The notes beneath the pieces are model-generated. The model was given only the letters and a program-made list of their open reading frames with translations, was not told the DNA's origin and made no database searches. The position numbers were made by a program, and so were the translations under genes. From Asterias rubens (Eukaryota), in NCBI RefSeq assembly GCF_902459465.1, contig NC_047066.1:10106001-10170000 (forward strand): a DNA stretch of 64,000 bases, written 5' to 3'. The number at the start of each line of letters is the position of its first letter. The first letter of the stretch is position 1. This document shows positions 56,461-64,000 of the stretch, piece after piece.

Positions 56461-57787
56461 ATGTCAATCGGTGTTCCCATCAAGGTTTTGCATGAGGCAG
56501 AGGGTCATATCGTGACTTGTGAGACGAATACCGGTGAGGTTTACCGAGGAAAACTCATCGAAGCCGAGGACAACATGAACTGCCAAATGATGAACATCAC
56601 AGTCACATACAGAGACGGTCGAGTTGCTCAACTCGAGCATGTTTTCATCAGAGGTAGCAAGATAAGATTTCTTATATTGCCCGATATGTTAAAAAATGCA
56701 CCGATGTTCAAGAAGACTGGGAACAAGGGTGGCACCGTAGGAAGAGGAAAGTCGGCCATTCTCCGTGCGCAAGGTAACGTACAAAAAATAAAAAATAAAA
56801 TTAAATGTCTGAATTTTTATTTAATTTATTTCATTTGACTTACTGTTGTAAGTTTGCATTTTCGTGCTGGTTTTCTTTCTCTTTCTTAGTCTTATTGACT
56901 TTTGTTATCTATTTGTAATGATAACAGAAAGTGAAGATGACAAAATAATAATAAAAAGCCCCAATTGCAATTATCGTATTGTCCGATTAATCCCACACAC
57001 AAATAAAAATGCCATGCCCATGGTGTTATTATTTAGATCTGCACTTTGATTATTGATTGAGTTTGAATCAAATATAATTAAGTTTTTCCCTTTGTAGGCC
57101 CCTATCCTAGGGGGTTTCTTCATATTTTTGCACAAACTTTAAATACCTGCCATCTTGTTCAAAAGAACACATCTGTTTATTTTGTTATTGCCAACAGCAA
57201 AAATGATTTGTACTGGATCAAACTTAACGCAAGCATATATTTACCAAGTCAAGTCTTCCAAATCAAGGATAAAACAAATCAGATTGTATTGCTCATGATG
57301 TGCTGTTGGCACCGACATTGTTAAGATGATTAACATCGAAAGGTCAAAGATTTTTCATGCAACTACACAAAAAATGAGCTTGCACAGAATTGTTGGAACT
57401 TTTTCTTAAATTTAAAACAAGCAGGTAGATGACAACTTTATATTTGCCTTTGTCAGGACATTAACTATCTTTTGCATTTATGTCATCGGTTCAATTGGTC
57501 GATAATTGTTTGCAACCCCCCAACAGCTAATTCTACATTCTTATTTTAAATATCATCACACTTGCTGATGCTATGTCGGCATGGTGGGGCTAGGGTCAGG
57601 ATTCATTCATTTGGGGGACTCATCCATTTATAATTATGGGGCTCGGAGGAAAATTCTACCTTTTGTTTATGAAAATTCATTTATATGAAATGTTCATTCT
57701 GTTCTCATTACAGCTGCAGCAAAAGGAAGAGGACGAGGCATGGAAGGTGGACGAGGTCGCGGTAACGTCTTCCAGCGAAGGAAGTGA
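56461..57787 (+). CDS. SNRPD3: Small nuclear ribonucleoprotein Sm D3, 128 aa
   Basis: Exon 56461-56773 encodes [42 protein letters not shown]...[19 protein letters not shown]. Exon 57714-57787 encodes the RG-rich tail ([20 protein letters not shown]). Confidence 0.98.
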
Positions 57788-60559
57788 AGAAAGAGAAATG
57801 AACTTCGTATAACCAGGACCTGTAAATAAACTTTTCCGTTGGGTAGCATTCTACTCAGGAATGTACTAAATGGAGGGTGAACCAGTTTTTGTATGGCTAC
57901 GCTTGTCAAGGGATCTGTGCGGGATTACGTTCACCGCACCAGTGTGTGGCATCCTCCACAGGAGTGAGATGGAGCCACTTCCATGGACGGAGCAACTGGA
58001 AGTTCTTTACTGATGGCAGCGGGTTAAATTGTTTAGTCCTTCTGGAGACCAACCACCACACAGTTCTTCTGCAGCATTGAGGCGACTCATTTCGAATTTT
58101 ACAACTGTGATGGAAGATCTCAACCCCAAGGCCATTGACCTTTCTTAGCGCCAATCACCCTGCTGATTTCGCTGAATGGCCAAAAGGCATTTCAGTTAAG
58201 CAAAATTAGCCATTGAGGAAACGTGATGAGGTCTATGCTTCAATGTGCTTTTTGTTTTTGTGGGTTTTTTTTCCTCTCTTATAATGTTTGTTTATTTTAC
58301 CAGTTGTGTATGGCTCAAGGGGAGGGGTATACCAAATTAGGAGATTTGAGAGGGAATTGGGATGGTGTAGAAATGTCATTCTTCTAATTTAGGGGAAGAC
58401 CTGTTTCCCAAATGATGAGTTTTTCCATATTAGGGAGCATAGCCTGAAAAGTTTTTAAAAGTCTAAGTGCAGTTTTAGCCCTGTGGGTCACTGTCTTCTA
58501 CCTCTAAAGGGCTAGGCAATGGAAACTAGTTTGGTAATTACTCAAAATAATTGTTAGCATAAATATGAGCAATGGAGAGCTGTTGATATGGTATAAATCA
58601 TCGTGAGAGAAACAAGGGTGTTTTTTTCTTGCATCTTTGATGACCAATTTATTGAAAATTTTGTTTTATGCACATATGTTGGTTGGAATACACCAAGTGA
58701 GAATTTGGTCTTTGACATTCACCAAAGGTTTGCAGGTCCAATGCCTTTAAGACTCAAATATTTTAAACAAGTCTTTTGAAAGAAGAGGTTTGAAACAACA
58801 GAGTTTGACAAAAATTCAAGTACGCTTGTTGATCTCTTATGTTAATCAAGTACGCTTGTTGCTCTCTTTTATGTTAAAATAATTTTTTTCACACGGTTTA
58901 TTAAATAACTCTAGGTTTTTGTGTACTTTACTTATTGTATGTAAAAGCATTTGTACTATTGTAGCTATAGCATTTTAATGGTACAAAAGTGAAGGAGAGT
59001 TAAAGGAACACGTTGCCTTGGATCTGTCGAGTTGGTCTTTGTAAAGCGTTTGTAACCATTTGTTATAAAATGCCTATGGTTGAAAAGATGTTTTAAAAAT
59101 AGAATACAATGATCCACACAAACTTGCCTCGAAATTGCACGGTTTTCCTTACCTCGTCGACAAACACGGTCGGCCATTTATGGGAGTCAAATTTTTGACT
59201 CCCATAAATGGCTGACCGTCTTAGTAAAGTAAAATGAAAACCACGCAATTTCGAGGCAAATTTGTGTGGATCATTGTATTCTACTTGTAAAACATCTTCC
59301 CAACAAATATGCATTTTATAACAAACGGTTATAAATGGACCAACTCGTCCGATCCAAGGAAACGTGTTCCTTTAACTTGAAACTAGTTTTCCATTTTAAT
59401 TATTCACGCTCCTCCAGCAAAAAACAAAATGCACTGGTACTTTCATATTAAAAATTGTAAACATGTTCAAGTAGAGGCCCATCTTAATGTTAAAATTGTT
59501 TTAATAAAACGATGCTTTGATACTGTACTTGCTAAGTTTGGTGCTCAATGTTTTATTTGTTATCATCATTTAAGGGATTGTGTGTGTTTGGAACCCACTG
59601 TTGTAACTCTACACAGTTGCAGATGTATACCTTAGAGGACACTACATGAATTGGTAATTACTCAAAATAATTGTTAGCATAAAACCTTACTTGGTAACAA
59701 GCAATGTCGAGCTGTTGATAGTATAAAACATTGTGAGATATGGCACCCTCTGTAGTAACTTAGATTTTCGAGAAAGAAGTAATTTTCCAGGAATTTGATT
59801 TTGAGACCTCACAATTAGATTTTGAAGTCCCGAAATCAAGCAACCGAAAGCACACAAAACAACCCCAGTGACAAGGGTGTTTTTTCTTTTGGCTCCCTTT
59901 GAAGTGTTGTAGTTTTTGAGAAAAAGGTACATGTAATTTCTCACCTAAATATTAAAAGACTTCAGGCCTGAAGCCTTTTACTAGGATCTGATGAAAGCAC
60001 TCTCTTTCATTAGTACCTCGCAACTTTGACGAGCAATTGAGCTCAAATTTTCACAGGTTTGTTATTTTGTGCATATGTTGAGATCGGGCCTGGTTGAGAT
60101 ACACCAAGTGAGAAGACTGGTCTTTAACAATTTCCAAAGGTGTCCAGTGTACTAAGCATCAATGGCTGCTTAAGCAGCTCTTTGAAACTAGGCACTGGCC
60201 TCCTGGCCATGCCAGTCACTAATAAAATTGGAGAAAACTGTGCTTCTTCTCAAATTCTTCTTTCTTCTTCTTTTTCCTTTAGTACAGCCCATCCATCCTC
60301 TTTTCCGTTAGAGTACAGTCCACCATCTTTTTATTATTTTTCTCTAAAACCACATATCTTTGTACTCGGTTAGGATGGAATCGTTTCTCAAACTACATTC
60401 AATAAGCTGCAGTGCTTCTCACAAAGTTTGTAGGCATGGTCATTAATTCTTTAAACCACAAAACTAGTTATTCAGATGATAAAGACCGGCTTCAAAAGTG
60501 TACTAAAAATGACTTTATATAGTAAAATAATCTATTCTGCTAAAGACAAAAGAAACCAG

Positions 60560-60861
60560 CACGAGAGAGAGAGAGAGAGCAGGTGTCGGGGCGGACCAGG
60601 AAAAGTTTGATTGAAGCGAATCATCAATCTGTAGAAATTGTGTCCGATAATGTAGGATAGCGCCCCCTTTTGACCCAACCTCCCCATAAGGATTTGTATG
60701 TGAAACGGACGTATTTATTCGTCAACGAGCGTCAAAAGTAGTCGTTCTGTATTCAACGATAACTTGTGCGTGGTGGTTGGGCCCAATTTGGTACTCGCAT
60801 ACAAATCTTGAGGACGAGCTCACATGTGTCAGAAAACAGAGTGATTACAATTTAATTAAAT
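60560..60861 (+). promoter_or_regulatory. Putative DENR promoter and non-coding first exon
   Basis: (GA)n tract, GC box GGGGCGGA at ~60588, CpG-rich sequence, and donor AAT|GTGAGT at 60862 upstream of the acceptor at 61497/61498. Confidence 0.5.
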
Positions 60862-61518
60862 GTGAGTGCTTTTTACTTCCATTTTGAAATATTGTTTCTA
60901 TATTATTCAAAGTAATAACTTATGTATGAACGACATCAACAATTTAAGTTTGAATTAGGCCTTCAATTACCGAATTTAGCATATCGATAAAACTTGCATT
61001 TGCTGCTCTGTTTTGCACTGTTCTCAGTTGCACTGCAGTATTACGTTACGAATTTAATTTTGCCTAAGAAAAAAAAAATTATTAATTATAGTTTTGCCAT
61101 ATTATGACATGGTGGACTTTTAGTGGTAGGGTTGGATAACTTTCCGTACATGGGTAGGGCGCCACCACTACTTTATTTTACTAATTTTTACAAAAAAAGG
61201 GATAGGCCCTATCTCATTCTCAATCTCATCTCATTGATTGAGCTTTTCAATTTGACTCTTGACTTGAGGTAGGCTAAATTAGATATTATTTCATATCGAA
61301 TGAAAAAGTGTTAGCCATACGGAAACTTCCATACGATCTACTCCTACTCCTAGCTAGAAGTTCAGAGGCGATTGCGGAATGAACCTCATAGTTCTAGGAG
61401 TACAAAAATGATTCCTGTCACTTCAACTTTTAACTTCAATCAACTTTAAAAAAAAAATGCTACATTTTGTACCTTTTAACTTATTTTTTTCCACCAGTTA
61501 GATCATTGGCGATATAGA

Positions 61519-63971
61519 ATGGCAGCAGCAGAGGTCATTGACCCAGTGGAGAATGATGCCCAGTCGGAGCCAGTTGAAAAGAAGTCTACACGGAAGAAAG
61601 ATGTCTCATATCCATTGAAAGTCATTTACTGTGGTGGTACGTTATAAGATCCACTTATAATAGGTGGAATATTAACTGATCCTATATCCGGCCTGATACT
61701 TCACGGAGGCAACAAAGGCGATGCCTTCATTCACCCTGGTCATTGCCTTGGTGCCCTTTCATGGAGGCAATGAAGGCAATTGCCTCAATGTCTCACTGGT
61801 CGTTGCCTTGTTGCCCTTTCACGAAGACAATGAAAGCGATTGTCTCCATGCCCCCTGGTCATTGCATTGGTGCCCTTTCACGGAGACAATGAAGGCGATA
61901 GCTTCCATGCCCAGTGGTCATTGCCTTGGTGCCCCTTGAAATACCCCAGTAGAAATTTACATTTTCTATAGGGTACCCTTTACCAAGGAGAAAATGCTTT
62001 GATGCCCTTGCCCTTTAAAAAGTGAAGCATACAGGCCTTGTCATATCAATGTAACTCATTAACAAAGGATTGAAGAACAGGGCACAATTTCATAAAGCTG
62101 TTAGTTTAATACGCAAAAATACTTCTTGACAAATTTCTTTGCAAAGCTGAAGTTGAGTGGGGCACCAAATATAGTGTAATTTTGGTTGGTAACCTGTTTC
62201 TGTTAAGCAATACTATTCTGTGCTTAGCAAGTTGTTGTGCTTTGTGAAATTGAGGCCCCAATCATTCTTCAGCATCAAATTACAAATACAATTGATGAAA
62301 TAATTGAAATAAACTTCTCAACTAGTTGATTTAGTTTAATCTTTCAATCCATTTTACATCCAATGTTTTATATTCAACAGTGTGTACAATGCCAGTGGAA
62401 TACTGCGAGTTCAACCCGTCATACAAGGAATGTAAGGTGTGGCTCTCGGATCACTTTCCCAAACTCTTTGAGAGATTGAATCTTGAAGAAGAAGAGGAGG
62501 GCAGTGATGGTAAAAAAAAGAAACAGAAGAGAGGTTTGTAGAATTTTACAGAGCTCCTTAACGTTAGTTATGTTATATATGCAACCTATGTATAATTTTG
62601 GCTGCCGGTGCTGCATACTCCTAAGGAGTTGAGAAGGTTTCAGGAATGCTTAGATCAATGGGGTAAAGAAAGAAACGGGGGAAAACATAGGGTGTTTTGA
62701 GGGGCAATTTTGGCTTGCAAAAACCACTTAGTAACAGGAAAGCTCTAATAATACAGCAGCTACGTTAGCTAAAACATCCTTTTTATCGGACAAATAGTAC
62801 CTCTTACCTACATGTACATGTAACTTTTTTTCATTGAACTTGTTGGTTTGTGCAATTGGATCATGCACAAACCTACTGCCCAGGGCAGATTAACTGCTTA
62901 TCCTTGAAGTTTAATGACCCAAGTAATTCAAGGTAAACACAACCACTGGTGAAAAGGAATTTTAGAGTTTTTGTGGCGAAACTCTGAAAATCTTTAATAG
63001 AGCTTTATCATAATGATGACTACAATATTTAATGTTGAGATGGTCTTTTACACCAGAAATGGATGGTTTGATAAAATTTAGTCTTCAAAATTGATAAAAC
63101 TAACCAAATTCTTCCACAGGAGGAAGAGGTGTGATGAAAGTTAAGAAGAAGATGGAGCCTCAGACCGTGACAATCGCGAGGATACAGCGACAGAAAAAGA
63201 AATACGTCACTGTTGTACGGGGAATTGGCTCACATGGTAAGACTGCTGTTGGGTTTTTGTAGGAAGCTATGTAAAACCAATGTTTACTGTTTACTTAAAT
63301 TTGGGTGGAAAATGGAAACAATTTTGTTGATGATTTTTTTTGTCACCAACAGTTCTTAATTCCTCCTGCTTTCTGACATGAACAATCATCTATTGTGGTT
63401 TTGAGTGATAGGTAAACTATACCAGCCTGCATTGGTGGTAAATGCAGCTACACAGTACACAGTCAACCCTCCCACTGTTTTAGCCATTCACTATCATCTA
63501 CTGTAGTTTTGATGGACAGATGAAATATGCCAGCATTCAATATGATATCATGTGGTGAATGCTGTTATGTACACTGTCAACCCTCTTACTGTTTAACCAT
63601 TTAATATCATCCACTGTGGTTTTGATTGATAGACAAATTATACCAGCCTGAAAAATGAAATCGTGCAGTGTATGCATCTACACACATGTGTACGGTTCTG
63701 CCGCCATACTGCATGGTGCTCACAGTTCAGGTTTTTCTAACAGCCTATCACACCCCTGTTTCCTTCATTCCAACCAAAAATGATGTAAATATGTTTTACA
63801 AAACCTTTTTCTACTCATTGGCTCTTTTCAGATATAGATTTAAGGGACGCGTCCAAAGCTTTTGCATCTCGGTTCTCATGTGGTGCTTCTGTAGCGTCGG
63901 GGGAGGATGAGATTGTCATTCAAGGAGACGTAACAGATGATCTTCTTGATTTCATCCCGGAGAAGTTCCAT
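61519..63971 (+). CDS. DENR: Density-regulated protein (translation re-initiation factor), 3' end beyond the window
   Basis: Exons 61519-61636, 62381-62533, 63120-63236, 63832-63971. [33 protein letters not shown] and EDEIVIQGD match recalled human DENR. Confidence 0.96.
61700..61936. repeat. Minisatellite 4 x 58-60 bp inside a MITE in a DENR intron
   Basis: Unit TTCACGGAGGCAATGAAGGCGATTGCCTCCATG.CCCTGGTCATTGCCTTGGTGCCCT. A single-unit version of the same element is at ~51750-51880. Confidence 0.85.
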
Positions 63972-64000
63972 GTAAGAAAGTTTGTTTTCACCATTCTCAT

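Noticed and set aside
60170-60545. Purine-rich minus-strand stretch with an apparent acceptor behind the (GA)n tract and a ~37-codon frame
   Set aside because: No recognisable homology and no consistent upstream exon; the polypyrimidine tract is explained by the microsatellite.

Overview
Eukaryotic, AT-rich, intron-rich invertebrate deuterostome DNA. The protein resemblances and repeat landscape suggest an echinoderm, probably a sea star; this is inference. Seven spliced protein-coding genes were reconstructed by hand from GT-AG junctions with consistent phases. In order: the 3' end of CCDC62 (+), SANBR/KIAA1841 (+), an unnamed ~384-aa WD40 gene (-) head-to-head with GNB1L (+), DPH1 (-) head-to-head with SNRPD3 (+), and the 5' part of DENR (+). 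Gene names rest on my recollection of human protein sequences, not on a database search. Introns are full of transposons: about 20 copies of one TTAA-flanked (Kolobok-type) MITE family plus related families, hAT- and Harbinger-type MITEs, tRNA-derived SINEs, LINE fragments, and one L2/CR1 LINE with an uninterrupted EN+RT frame. The most unusual signal is a set of minimal hammerhead-ribozyme-like motifs. One is near-canonical and lies sense to DPH1 pre-mRNA. The others sit in two families of palindromic head-to-head double-hammerhead elements, one with a variant U3-A8 core. Most short ORFs in the supplied track are repeat-derived noise.
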